From contig JBFXGO010000023.1 of assembly GCA_050239825.1 (NCBI GenBank), positions 1-38,106 on the forward strand: DNA of 38,106 bases. Reading direction: 5' to 3'. The number at the start of each line of letters is the position of its first letter. The first letter of the stretch is position 1. Positions 17,930 through 27,436 of the stretch are shown here, piece after piece. The notes under the pieces were generated by a model that worked only from the letters and a program-made list of their open reading frames with translations, made no database searches and was not told where the DNA came from. The position numbers and the translations under genes are program-made. This stretch comes from a bacterium (lineage in GTDB: Bacteria > Hydrothermota > 32-111).

Positions 17930-18883
17930 ATGGATGTAAAAGGTAAGATAATTCTTGCCCCGATAGCAGGTATTACGGATTCACCATACAGAAAAATTTG
18001 CAGAGCGTTAGGAGCTGATATGACTTACAGCGAACTCGTATCGGCAGACGGTTTGATGCGAAGCTCTAAGAAGACAGTGAAGCTCATGGAATTCTCTGAG
18101 GCTGAGAGACCATACGGAATACAGATTTTCGGAGGAACTGTCGAGGCAATGTCAGCTGCAAGCGAATCCGCATCGGAATTCAATCCGGATTTTATAGATA
18201 TAAATCTCGGCTGTTCTGTCCCCAAAATACTGAAACAGGGATACGGGGCGGCTCTTCTTAAGAATCTCTCGCACATGAAGGATATTGTCACCGCTGTCGT
18301 CTCATCGACAAGATTGCCTGTATCGGCAAAAATCAGGGTGGGGTATAACAGCATCAGGGGAGTTGATATTGCAAGAGTGCTTGAGAAGTGCGGTGTTGCA
18401 TTTATTGCAGTACACGGTCGTCTGGCAGTCCAGCAGTTCACGGGAAGCGCAGATTGGGAAGAGATAAAAAAAATAAAAGAGTCAGTCGCAATACCCGTTA
18501 TAGGCAACGGCGATATAAAGACTCCCGAGCAGGCTTTGAAGTTTTGGGAAGAGTCAAAGGTCGATGCTATTATGATTGGAAGGGCATCCTTCGGCCACCC
18601 ATGGATATTCTCGCAGATAAAGAGTTTCATGAATTCGGGAAAGTATTCCGAACCCTCTTTTGAAGAGAGAATAAAGCTTCTCAAAGAGCACTATTCTCTT
18701 GCTTGTCAAGGCGGAAAATCAAAGGAGAGGATAAGGGAGATGAGAAAGCATTTTCACTGGTATATGAAAGGTATTCCCTATGCGAAGCAATACAAAGAGA
18801 GGATAAATAAAACTGAGAATTATGATGAGATAATTGAGATAATAAACAAAATCAAAAAAAGGAGCACAGATGAAGATAAATGA
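17930..18883 (+). CDS. dusB: tRNA-dihydrouridine synthase
   Basis: LAPIAG.TD, IDINLGC, G.GAALL, VSAKIR, VHGR, GNGDI, MIGR. Confidence 0.9.
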   Translation: MDVKGKIILAPIAGITDSPYRKICRALGADMTYSELVSADGLMRSSKKTVKLMEFSEAERPYGIQIFGGTVEAMSAASESASEFNPDFIDINLGCSVPKILKQGYGAALLKNLSHMKDIVTAVVSSTRLPVSAKIRVGYNSIRGVDIARVLEKCGVAFIAVHGRLAVQQFTGSADWEEIKKIKESVAIPVIGNGDIKTPEQALKFWEESKVDAIMIGRASFGHPWIFSQIKSFMNSGKYSEPSFEERIKLLKEHYSLACQGGKSKERIREMRKHFHWYMKGIPYAKQYKERINKTENYDEIIEIINKIKKRSTDEDK

Positions 18884-19394
18884 AATTTTCCCTGAAATCG
18901 GCCTGATAAAAAACGCTGATCTGAGGGACTTGACTGTAAAGGTTATTGAAGATGCAATGAAGATGGGAGGATGGAACCCGGAAGATCTTGAAAATGTACC
19001 ATTCACGCTTCTGATAGAGAATACAAAAATTTCAATTGTGACTCACATAAGAGCTGTAACCAATACGGCTCTCAAGATGGGAGAGACTCTCAACAGATTC
19101 TACGGAGACGGATTTGTTGACCTTGATATAATCGTGTGCGGAGGTCTTCTTCACGACATAGGGAAACTGCTTGAGTACAGGAAGGAGAACGGCAAGTACA
19201 TTGTGTCGGAGAACGGAAAGTTCCTGCGCCACCCGTTTTCAGGAGCCGCCCTCTCATTCAAGCACTCTCTTCCGGATGCGGTGACGCATATAATAGCGAT
19301 GCATGCAAAGGAGGGAGACCTTTCCAAACGCACAAGAGAGGCAATAATAATCCATTATGCCGATTTTTCAAATTTCGAACCGCTGAAGGTGTGA
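18870..19394 (+). CDS. HD-domain (HDIG) phosphohydrolase
   Basis: H..LLHDIGK..RH..H..HYAD metal-binding pattern. Confidence 0.88.
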   Translation: MKINEIFPEIGLIKNADLRDLTVKVIEDAMKMGGWNPEDLENVPFTLLIENTKISIVTHIRAVTNTALKMGETLNRFYGDGFVDLDIIVCGGLLHDIGKLLEYRKENGKYIVSENGKFLRHPFSGAALSFKHSLPDAVTHIIAMHAKEGDLSKRTREAIIIHYADFSNFEPLKV

Positions 19395-20119
19395 TGCCTC
19401 TTTCGTTTGATTATGACTTAATATCAGAAATATACGATGAACTGATGCAGTTCATCCCTTATAAAGAGTGGGCAAGGTATATAAACGAACTATGCCTCAA
19501 ACACAAGGCAAAGAACTTCAAACTTCTCGATCTTGGAGGAGGGACAGGGAATCTCGCTTTACCTTTGACGGAGATCGGCTATGACGTCACAGTCGTGGAC
19601 AAGTCAAGCAAGATGCTTTTTGAAGCGCAGAAAAAAATACTCGGAAGAAATATCCGTTTAATCTGCGGAGATATCAGAAGCATACCTCTGACGGAAAAGT
19701 TTGATGTCGCAGTATGCATGTATGACACAGTCAACCATATTGATGAGAATGACCTTATGAAATTCTTCTTTTCGGCTTATGATTCTTTAAGAGACGGAGG
19801 GCTGTTCATGTTTGATTTCAACACGGATTTTGGGTTAAGCGTTTTTGCCTCACACACTCAGTATAGGGACGGGAGCATTTTCAAATCAGTATGGAACACA
19901 TCATATGACGAGAAGAAGAGAATCTGCACTCTTGACCTCAGAGTCGAATTTCAGGATAGAGAGGAGAATATTCAATTTCAGGAGAGAGCCATTGATATCG
20001 AAGAGCTTCTTTTTTCAATAAACAATTCGGGTTTCAGAGAGAAGCACCTTTATCATTTTCTCTCGACAAACGGACTGAAGCGCACATCAGAGAGGGGAAT
20101 GGCGGTATGCATAAAATAG
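19391..20119 (+). CDS. Class I SAM-dependent methyltransferase
   Basis: YDELM..Y..W, LLDLGGGTG, VD.S..ML, GDIR, LRDGGLFMFD. Confidence 0.9.
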   Translation: MMPLSFDYDLISEIYDELMQFIPYKEWARYINELCLKHKAKNFKLLDLGGGTGNLALPLTEIGYDVTVVDKSSKMLFEAQKKILGRNIRLICGDIRSIPLTEKFDVAVCMYDTVNHIDENDLMKFFFSAYDSLRDGGLFMFDFNTDFGLSVFASHTQYRDGSIFKSVWNTSYDEKKRICTLDLRVEFQDREENIQFQERAIDIEELLFSINNSGFREKHLYHFLSTNGLKRTSERGMAVCIK

Positions 20120-21267
20120 AATTCATGGATCTTCATTTGCATACAAAATACTCTCTAGCCTCTTCCAAAAACGGAGGAATAGAATCATTCTCCGAAATGG
20201 CGCGACTGAAGGGAGTTTCGTATCTGGGAACGGGCGACATACTTCACGGCGGATATTTTAAGGAAGCGAAAAAAAAATTGAAAGAGGAAGGTTACGGAAT
20301 TTACTTTTTCTCTTCTGTGAAATTTTTTCTTACTGCGGAAGTCTCCCTGATATACAGAGAAAATGATAAATGCAGAAAAATTCATATTCTGCTGGTCTTT
20401 CCCGATTATCTGTCCGTTGAAGAGGCGCGTAAATTTCTGAAGGATTATGCAAAACTTGAATCTGACGGAAGGCCTATTGTGAAGCTCAATATAAGGGATT
20501 TTATTTTGAAGATGAAAAATATTTCTGAAGACATACTTGTCATAATGGCGCATATTTGGACGCCGCACTTCTCCATACTCGGAGGCAAATCAGGATATGA
20601 CTCTATTCCTGCCGAAGTTAAAGAGTCAATCTCTGCTCTGGAGACAGGTTTGTCATCCGACCCCTTCATGTGCTGTGAAAATAAAGATGCCTCCCTCTAT
20701 CCTCTTGTTTCGTTTTCAGATGCTCACTCGCCGCAGTTGATAGGAAGAGAAGCGACAATTGTGGAGGGCGGTTTGAAGACAATAAAAGACCTTAAAAGAA
20801 TTTTAAGTCTGAATAAAATCTACGGCACAGTCGAATTTTTTCCGCAGGAGGGAAAGTATTTTTTGTCAGGCCACAGGAATTGCGGATTCAAGACCGGAGA
20901 GAGCATAAATGTGTGCCCTATCTGCAGAAAAAATCTGACCGAAGGAGTCTTCAACAGGATTAAATCGCTTCCAAAGTCAAAGAAAATATATGATAAAAAA
21001 GTTTTTTATGTGCTTCCCATAGAGGAATATGTAAACAAATTTGTTTTAACATCGAAAAATAAAATAAAGAAACCGGAAGCATTGATAAAAATGCTTGAAA
21101 GAAAAAGCGAGATGGAGATAAAGGTGACTGCTGACAGGAGGAGTCTCGCTGAAACATTCACCGAGGAGTTTGCTCAGTTCTGCATCAATGTAAGAAACAA
21201 GAATGTTGAAATCGAAGAGGGGTATGACGGAGTATTCGGAAAAATAAAAGCATCGGAGGTAAGATGA
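20107..21267 (+). CDS. PHP-domain protein, endonuclease Q-like
   Basis: DLHLHTKYS, GTGD, AHIWTP, ETGLSSD, SDAHS, GKYF..GHRNC..CPIC zinc finger, GYDGVFG. Confidence 0.82.
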   Translation: MHKIEFMDLHLHTKYSLASSKNGGIESFSEMARLKGVSYLGTGDILHGGYFKEAKKKLKEEGYGIYFFSSVKFFLTAEVSLIYRENDKCRKIHILLVFPDYLSVEEARKFLKDYAKLESDGRPIVKLNIRDFILKMKNISEDILVIMAHIWTPHFSILGGKSGYDSIPAEVKESISALETGLSSDPFMCCENKDASLYPLVSFSDAHSPQLIGREATIVEGGLKTIKDLKRILSLNKIYGTVEFFPQEGKYFLSGHRNCGFKTGESINVCPICRKNLTEGVFNRIKSLPKSKKIYDKKVFYVLPIEEYVNKFVLTSKNKIKKPEALIKMLERKSEMEIKVTADRRSLAETFTEEFAQFCINVRNKNVEIEEGYDGVFGKIKASEVR

Positions 21268-21746
21268 AGAAGATATTTGCGCCATGGAGGATGGAATACA
21301 TAGCGAGTGAATCAGATTCGCATGCGAAGAAATGCATTTTCTGTTTTCCTGAAGAGATGTTTCTTGTCTTTAAAGGAAAGGATTTTACTGTGGTGATGAA
21401 CAAGTACCCGTATACAAACGGACACATAATGGTTTCTCCGGCAAAGCATGGAAAGAGCCTTGATATGCTCACCGAAAAAGAAACAGCATCTCTCTTCAAC
21501 GGAGTCAGGATTGCATACAAAGCGATAATGAAGGCATATAAACCTCAGGGTATAAATGTCGGCATAAACAGCGGAAAGTGCGCCGGAGCCGGGATAACAG
21601 GCCATCTCCATGTCCACCTTGTTCCGAGATGGGAGGGAGACACAAATTTTATGCCTGTGCTCACAGACACAAAAATTATAAGCGAGCACATTGAGATGAG
21701 CAGGGAGAGAATCAAAAAGGCATTGAAAGAGGTGATGCATGGATAA
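21264..21746 (+). CDS. HIT-family nucleotide hydrolase / Ap4A phosphorylase-like
   Basis: APWRMEYI, CIFC, NKYPY..GH, AGA..HLHVHLVPRW.GDTNFM. Confidence 0.92.
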   Translation: MKKIFAPWRMEYIASESDSHAKKCIFCFPEEMFLVFKGKDFTVVMNKYPYTNGHIMVSPAKHGKSLDMLTEKETASLFNGVRIAYKAIMKAYKPQGINVGINSGKCAGAGITGHLHVHLVPRWEGDTNFMPVLTDTKIISEHIEMSRERIKKALKEVMHG

Positions 21747-22149
21747 TTTCAGATGGGTCTCTCTGCCTGCAAGGGATTCTAAACCGATTATAAAACTAAC
21801 TGCAGTTTTGGGATTCTTTTTGATGCTTCTCATAGGTTTTGTTGAGCTTTCCTGGGTTGGCATGATTGTCTCTGTAATTGTTTCAGCGATAGTTTATCTT
21901 CAATTTATATTCCCTACAACATTCACAATAAAAGAGAAGACGATTCTCGTTGAATTTTTATTTACTAAGAGAGAGTATGAATTTTCAAGATTCAAATCAT
22001 TCTATAACGACAACACAGGAGTGCTCCTATCTCCGTTCCTAAAACCCAGCCGTCTTGAGAATTTCCGCGGCTTGTATATCCGCTATGGCAACGAAGACAA
22101 AGATAAAATTATCAATTTGATAAAAAACAGGTTTAGGGACGGTGGTTGA
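21739..22149 (+). CDS. Hypothetical membrane protein (2 TM plus PH-like soluble domain)
   Basis: Two hydrophobic helices, then GVLLSPF..PSRLENFRG. The stop codon lies inside the downstream inverted repeat. Confidence 0.75.
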   Translation: MDNFRWVSLPARDSKPIIKLTAVLGFFLMLLIGFVELSWVGMIVSVIVSAIVYLQFIFPTTFTIKEKTILVEFLFTKREYEFSRFKSFYNDNTGVLLSPFLKPSRLENFRGLYIRYGNEDKDKIINLIKNRFRDGG

Positions 22150-22347
22150 AATAGTTGAAGTTTATCCTTGTAATCGTTCAAATTGCTCTGTTAATAATCG
22201 TTTCAGGAAAATAAACAATTATTTTAAGGTTCTTAGCAATATAATCATTTTGTCAAATTGCACAGCACATCGAATTATAATAAGTGAGTGATAATAATAT
22301 TTTCAGAAGCATTTTTGTCACTTCAACTATTTCAACCACCGTCCCTA
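22134..22347. mobile_element. MITE-like non-autonomous element with perfect 28-bp terminal inverted repeats
   Basis: TAGGGACGGTGGTTGAAATAGTTGAAGT (22134-22161) and its exact reverse complement (22320-22347) enclose an AT-rich non-coding interior. The outer TA could be a target duplication. Confidence 0.75.
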
Positions 22348-22358
22348 TAATTGTTTTC

Positions 22359-22387
22359 TTGACTGGAAGGGGGGGGTGTTATATAAT
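22359..22387 (+). promoter_or_regulatory. sigma70 promoter TTGACT-17-TATAAT with a G8 run in the spacer
   Basis: TTGACT 22359-22364, G8 22369-22376, TATAAT 22382-22387, ATG at 22394. Confidence 0.7.
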
Positions 22388-22393
22388 GAAGTT

Positions 22394-23719
22394 ATGTATG
22401 ATGTTATAATTATCGGATCAGGGCCGGCGGGTCTCTTTGCGGCCTACAACCTCGTAAAAGAAGGATGCAGGTCTATACTAATAATTGACAAGAATCCCTT
22501 TCCGTCTGGCGGGATGCTGAATGACTGCAAGTTGAATTTAACTCCCGACATAGGCATGGACCTTGAAGACCTTTTTTTGACAAGGGATAGGGCTTACCAG
22601 CTTATAAATTTCATCGACAGCATTTTCCTGCAATTCGGAGCACCGATAGAACTTTACGGAGAGAATGAAGATTCATACCGGGAATGGTCTGAGAGGGCGC
22701 AGAGAAATGAAGTGACTCTTGTCGGCGCTGTTCAGAGGCATATAGGGACGGACATGTCAAAGGATGTTATTAAGAAATTCAGATCCTTCCTTGAAGCGGA
22801 GGGTGTGGCATTTACCCTATCGACAAACATTGAGAATATTGAAATCGCCGAGGGCGGCTTTGAACTTATAAGCGATAACAATCAGGATTTTCAATGCCGA
22901 CACCTTGTGATTGCTCCGGGCAGGAGCGGGTCGAAATGGCTTCGCGATATATCTAAGAGAATAGGAATAAAGTACTCCAACGGCAAACGGATAGATGTGG
23001 GAATAAGGATAGAGATGAAGAGGGAATCGTATCCCATAACCGATGTCCTCTATGACCCAAAGTTCAAGATAAAAACAAAATACTCAAACGAACTCAGGAC
23101 TTTTTGCACAAATCCGGGAGGCAGAATAACTCTTGAGCATTATGACGATTTTAAGCTTGTCAACGGTGATGCCCTCAAAAACAAGAAGACTGAGAACACA
23201 AACTTTGCGCTTCTGAATACTGTCAATCTGACAGAACCCCTGACAGACCCATTTGTTTATGGAAGGCTCATTGCATCTGCGACGAATATTCTGGGAGGAG
23301 GGCTGCCGATCGTTCAGAGAGTGGGTGATTTTTTGGACGAAAAGAGATCTAAGGCTGATACATTCTTTGAAAAATCAAGATGGTATGACAAGGTTCAACC
23401 CACACTGACAATCGGGTCGACCGTGACACCGGGAGATATAAGGATGTCGTATCCGTATAAAATAGTGAAATCACTCAAGGAAGGCCTCATTAAATTGAAT
23501 AAGATTTTCGGCAATACGATATTGAAGGAAGAAAATCTTATATACGCCCCTGAAATAAAGTTCTACTCTCTCTCATACGAAACAAACAAAAGCATGGAAT
23601 CAAGCATACAAAATCTATTTGTTGCGGGTGACGGAGCAGGAAAATCAAGAGGCATAGTGGGCGCCGCGATATCCGGAATACTTGCATCGGAAGGAATACT
23701 TGAAAAATGGAAAAAATGA
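22394..23719 (+). CDS. NAD(P)/FAD-dependent oxidoreductase (uncharacterised family)
   Basis: YDVIIIGSGPAG Rossmann motif, RHIGTD, APGRSG, RTFCTNP, APEIKFY, VAGDGAG.SRGIV.A. Confidence 0.9.
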   Translation: MYDVIIIGSGPAGLFAAYNLVKEGCRSILIIDKNPFPSGGMLNDCKLNLTPDIGMDLEDLFLTRDRAYQLINFIDSIFLQFGAPIELYGENEDSYREWSERAQRNEVTLVGAVQRHIGTDMSKDVIKKFRSFLEAEGVAFTLSTNIENIEIAEGGFELISDNNQDFQCRHLVIAPGRSGSKWLRDISKRIGIKYSNGKRIDVGIRIEMKRESYPITDVLYDPKFKIKTKYSNELRTFCTNPGGRITLEHYDDFKLVNGDALKNKKTENTNFALLNTVNLTEPLTDPFVYGRLIASATNILGGGLPIVQRVGDFLDEKRSKADTFFEKSRWYDKVQPTLTIGSTVTPGDIRMSYPYKIVKSLKEGLIKLNKIFGNTILKEENLIYAPEIKFYSLSYETNKSMESSIQNLFVAGDGAGKSRGIVGAAISGILASEGILEKWKK

Positions 23720-24615
23720 AAAACTACATTCGTTCACTATTTTTTGCAATAAGGCCTTTTGAAAATTTCCAGCACTTTTTAATGGGTGTCGCCGGGTTTC
23801 TTTACATGGGCTACACTCTCGGCAGAATTGAAATTTCATCTGTTACCCTATGGGGTTTTTTTGCTTTATTTTCATTTCTTTCTCAGGTTCTTTCATACAA
23901 TAATTACGCCACATTTGACAAGGACCTGAAAGACAAGGAGAAGAAGTTTGACGAAAAATTCAAAGGCATAAACATTAACTTTCTATTCTTTGTATCTGCG
24001 GTATTTTTTCTGCTGACAATCTACTCTGCGTGGAGAATACATTATATATTTGCAGTGATTTTTATATTGCTCATGCTCGGTTGGGCTCTTTACACTCATC
24101 CTGCGGTGATGCTCAAGAAGGGGCGATTTGTGCCATACATCCTCGACATGATGACAATGCCGTTTCTGTCAATGTTCGGCTCTTACCTCGCATCAGGCTG
24201 TATTTCATTTGAGGCAATGCTCTTTTCCGTCTTCTTCGGACTGATGGAGGTCGCAGGGCACATCAATCACATGACAATGGATTATGAGGTTGACAGAGAG
24301 ACCGGGATCAGAACTATTTCGGTGCGTCTCGGTCCGAAAAAAACATTTATAATCTCACTCTGTTTCTTCGGCCTTTCAGCCATCTATTTTTTTGTCATTT
24401 CATTTTTCAATGTTTTCCCTCTATATATAGGTATTGCATACCTGCCGGGATTTTTGCTGCAACTTCTCGTGTCCGTAAAGATATTGAAGAGAAACTTCAA
24501 CTATGGTTTTTCAAGAAAATTCAGAACAATGTACAGGCTTATTTATTTTATCGAATCGGCATATGTGGGATTCATTTTCATTCTTGCTTCGGAGACGATT
24601 AAATTTATAAAATGA
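23707..24615 (+). CDS. UbiA-family prenyltransferase-like membrane protein
   Basis: About 8-9 TM helices, IRP near the N-terminus, YT.P..LKK, NHMTMDYEVD..GIRT. The first Asp-rich motif is degenerate (NNYATFDKD). Confidence 0.75.
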   Translation: MEKMKNYIRSLFFAIRPFENFQHFLMGVAGFLYMGYTLGRIEISSVTLWGFFALFSFLSQVLSYNNYATFDKDLKDKEKKFDEKFKGININFLFFVSAVFFLLTIYSAWRIHYIFAVIFILLMLGWALYTHPAVMLKKGRFVPYILDMMTMPFLSMFGSYLASGCISFEAMLFSVFFGLMEVAGHINHMTMDYEVDRETGIRTISVRLGPKKTFIISLCFFGLSAIYFFVISFFNVFPLYIGIAYLPGFLLQLLVSVKILKRNFNYGFSRKFRTMYRLIYFIESAYVGFIFILASETIKFIK

Positions 24616-25532
24616 GAAGACCTGTCATACTTATATCAAGATGCATTGAATTTGACAACTGCAGATACAATGGCCAGGGAGTGAAGAGTCCCCTAGTCAA
24701 AAAACTTAAAGAGTTCTGTGACTTTACCACAGTCTGCCCTGAGGTTTCCATAAATCTCGGAATACCGAGAAATCCGATAAGAATTATCAAAAGCAAAGCA
24801 GGTGAAATTCTAATCCAGCCGTCAACCGGAGATATTCTGACCGATAAAATGGAAACATTTTCAAAGAAGTTTTTAAGAGAGATTGAAAATATAGATGGAA
24901 TTATATTGAAGGGCCGCTCTCCCTCCTGTGGAATAAAAGATGTAAAAATTTTCAGTGAGAAAGGGATTGAACTAAGCAGAAAACATGCCGGTTTTTTCGG
25001 AAGAGAGGTTGTTGAAAAATATTCAGGATACCCAATGGAGGATGAAGGGAGACTGATGGACGAGAGGTTGAGAGAGCATTTCCTGATAAAACTCTATGCA
25101 TTTGCCGGTTTCAGAGAGGCGAGAGATGAAAAAAACATAACAGGCCTGCTCAAATACCATGAATACAACAAACTTCTCTTTATGGCATACAACCAGAAGG
25201 AGATGAGAATAATCGGAAATCTTCTCGGCAATCAGAAGAAGTTTACTAAGAACGAGCTTTTTGATTCCTATTTTGAATCTCTCAAGAGGATTACGGAGCG
25301 TCCCATAACAAAAGGAAATGACGAAAACACTCTCCTGCATGCTTTCGGTTATGTTTCAAAAAATATGAAGAAAAAGGAGATAGAATTCTTTTTAAAGACT
25401 CTCCATAATTATAGGGAAGGAGCGGTTTCTGTAACTGTTTTAAAATCTCTTATGAAGAGCTTTATAGTGCGTTTTGAAGTTGCCTACCTTGAAAAACAAA
25501 CCTATTTCAACCCTTATCCGGCGGGATTATGA
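24612..25532 (+). CDS. DUF523 + DUF1722 (YbgA-like) protein
   Basis: SRC..CRYNG, VCPEV..LGIPR.PIR, LKGRSPSCG, EDEGRL, HAFGY, YLEKQTYFNPYP. Confidence 0.9.
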   Translation: MRRPVILISRCIEFDNCRYNGQGVKSPLVKKLKEFCDFTTVCPEVSINLGIPRNPIRIIKSKAGEILIQPSTGDILTDKMETFSKKFLREIENIDGIILKGRSPSCGIKDVKIFSEKGIELSRKHAGFFGREVVEKYSGYPMEDEGRLMDERLREHFLIKLYAFAGFREARDEKNITGLLKYHEYNKLLFMAYNQKEMRIIGNLLGNQKKFTKNELFDSYFESLKRITERPITKGNDENTLLHAFGYVSKNMKKKEIEFFLKTLHNYREGAVSVTVLKSLMKSFIVRFEVAYLEKQTYFNPYPAGL

Positions 25533-27436
25533 TTCAGATAAACAGCTTGTCATTTTCATACGGCGCGCAGACAATATTTGATGACACATCACTCACAATA
25601 GATGACTGCAAAAACGGCCTCGTGGGAAGAAACGGTTCGGGCAAATCAACCTTTTTCAACCTGCTCTCAGGAAATCTTCATCCTGAATCAGGAACCATTT
25701 CGGTTTCAAACTCAGCAAAGATAGCTTACCTGAAACAGCAGATGGCTTTTGAAGACGCCGATTTGCTGCCTTATGAATTTGTCCTCTCCCAAATCTCATT
25801 CTACAATGAATACAACTCTCTTCTCGCTCGTCTTGAGAGCACGGAGAATCCGGACGACGAACTTCTGCATGAGTTTTCCGATGTCGAATCGGTCTTCAAC
25901 ACTCATAACGGTTATAAGCTGAAAGAGGATGTAATTCAGGTTCTCGAGTCGCTTGGCTTTAAAAAGGAATCGAACAAGAGGATATTTGAACTTTCATACG
26001 GATTCAAAATGCGTCTCTTCCTCGCGAAACTGCTTTTGGATGAATCTGAGGTGCTTCTGCTTGATGAACCCACAAATCATCTTGATCTTCCATCAATTAA
26101 ATTTGTGGAGTCTTACCTGAAAAGAATAAACAAACTCTGCATAATAGTTTCGCATGACAGGACATTTCTTGACTCTGTGTGCGAAAGAACCCTTGAACTG
26201 AACAACAAAAAAATAAAAAAATACAACGGCAATTATTCCTTCTTCAGAAATCAGAAGGATATGGCAATAATGCAGACAGAGAGGGAGAGAGAAAATCTTC
26301 TCGGCGAAAAGGCGAGACTGGAAGAGATGATTGCGAGAATAAAGGACAATGTGAAAAAGGTCAACATTGCTTCATCGAGGCAGAAATTCGTAGACAAAAT
26401 CGATGATAAGCTTGACGGTCTTGAAGATTTTTCAAAGAAAGAGGTTTCATTCATGAGGCGCGACGAGGTTTTGCGCTCAGACATCGGCTTCAAAATTGAC
26501 ATCAAAGAGAAGAGGTATGACAAAGAGAAGATACTTGAAGATATAGAGGTGACAGTCAGACCCTCAGACAGAATATTCCTAATAGGAGCAAACGGCTACG
26601 GAAAATCGACTCTCTTGAGGATAATCGCTTCGAGGGATGATAATTTCAAAGGAGAGGTTAAGGAGAGCGAGAAACTGAAACTGCTTTATTTTGATTTTGA
26701 CAAGATAGCGCAGTTGAAGGATGAAACCACAGTGCTGGATTTTATCTACACTGACGGAGTCGACAATTTCAGGGCAAAACAGCTTCTCGGAATGATGCTC
26801 TTCTCAGACGAGGATTATGAGAAAAAGATAAAGGTTTTATCAGGCGGAGAGAGGGTGAGACTCTATCTTACAAAACTATTCTGCTCAACATTCAATTTTG
26901 TCATACTTGACGAACCGACAAATTACCTTGACCTTGAAACGATAGATGTATTCATCGAATGGCTTAAGGGTCTGAAATCCGGATTCATAATAGTGACACA
27001 CAATGAGTATCTGTTGAAATCCCTTGAAAATGTAACTGTGTGGAGAATAGAAGATAAACATCTGAAAATGCATTTCGGCAGTTACAATGACTATAAATTT
27101 TTTGAGGCGAAGGGCAGGGAGGAAGAGAAAGAGGAGTCCGCTCAGAAGAATCCGCAGAAACCCAAGCTTTCAGATGCAAAGAGAGAGAGAAGGATGCTTG
27201 TCGAAAAGAGGAGCATGATAAACAAACAGCTGAAGACTCTTGAAAAGGAAATTGAGATTTTCGAGCAAGAGAAAAAAGAGCTGTACGAAAAAATGTCGGC
27301 CGATGATTCATATAAGATGGGACCCGAGCTGAAGAAAATATCGGAGAGAGTTAAACAGCTTGAGAGGATGCTCAAAACGATGTATGATAGATGGAACTCT
27401 CTGATAGATGAAATGCCGGAACTGGGGGATGATTGA
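25529..27436 (+). CDS. ABC-F family ATPase with C-terminal coiled coil
   Basis: Two NBDs (GRNGSGKST/LLDEPTNHLD; GANGYGKST/LSGGE/LDEPTNYLD), no TM segments. Confidence 0.93.
   Translation: MIQINSLSFSYGAQTIFDDTSLTIDDCKNGLVGRNGSGKSTFFNLLSGNLHPESGTISVSNSAKIAYLKQQMAFEDADLLPYEFVLSQISFYNEYNSLLARLESTENPDDELLHEFSDVESVFNTHNGYKLKEDVIQVLESLGFKKESNKRIFELSYGFKMRLFLAKLLLDESEVLLLDEPTNHLDLPSIKFVESYLKRINKLCIIVSHDRTFLDSVCERTLELNNKKIKKYNGNYSFFRNQKDMAIMQTERERENLLGEKARLEEMIARIKDNVKKVNIASSRQKFVDKIDDKLDGLEDFSKKEVSFMRRDEVLRSDIGFKIDIKEKRYDKEKILEDIEVTVRPSDRIFLIGANGYGKSTLLRIIASRDDNFKGEVKESEKLKLLYFDFDKIAQLKDETTVLDFIYTDGVDNFRAKQLLGMMLFSDEDYEKKIKVLSGGERVRLYLTKLFCSTFNFVILDEPTNYLDLETIDVFIEWLKGLKSGFIIVTHNEYLLKSLENVTVWRIEDKHLKMHFGSYNDYKFFEAKGREEEKEESAQKNPQKPKLSDAKRERRMLVEKRSMINKQLKTLEKEIEIFEQEKKELYEKMSADDSYKMGPELKKISERVKQLERMLKTMYDRWNSLIDEMPELGDD

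Noticed and set aside
20269..20277. A9 run in the EndoQ-like gene as a phase-variation site
   Set aside because: It falls in Lys codons in an intact frame, and A-runs are common throughout this sequence.
22134..22347. Long inverted repeat as a rho-independent terminator
   Set aside because: The arms are about 158 bp apart with no U-tract, which fits TIRs rather than a terminator hairpin.
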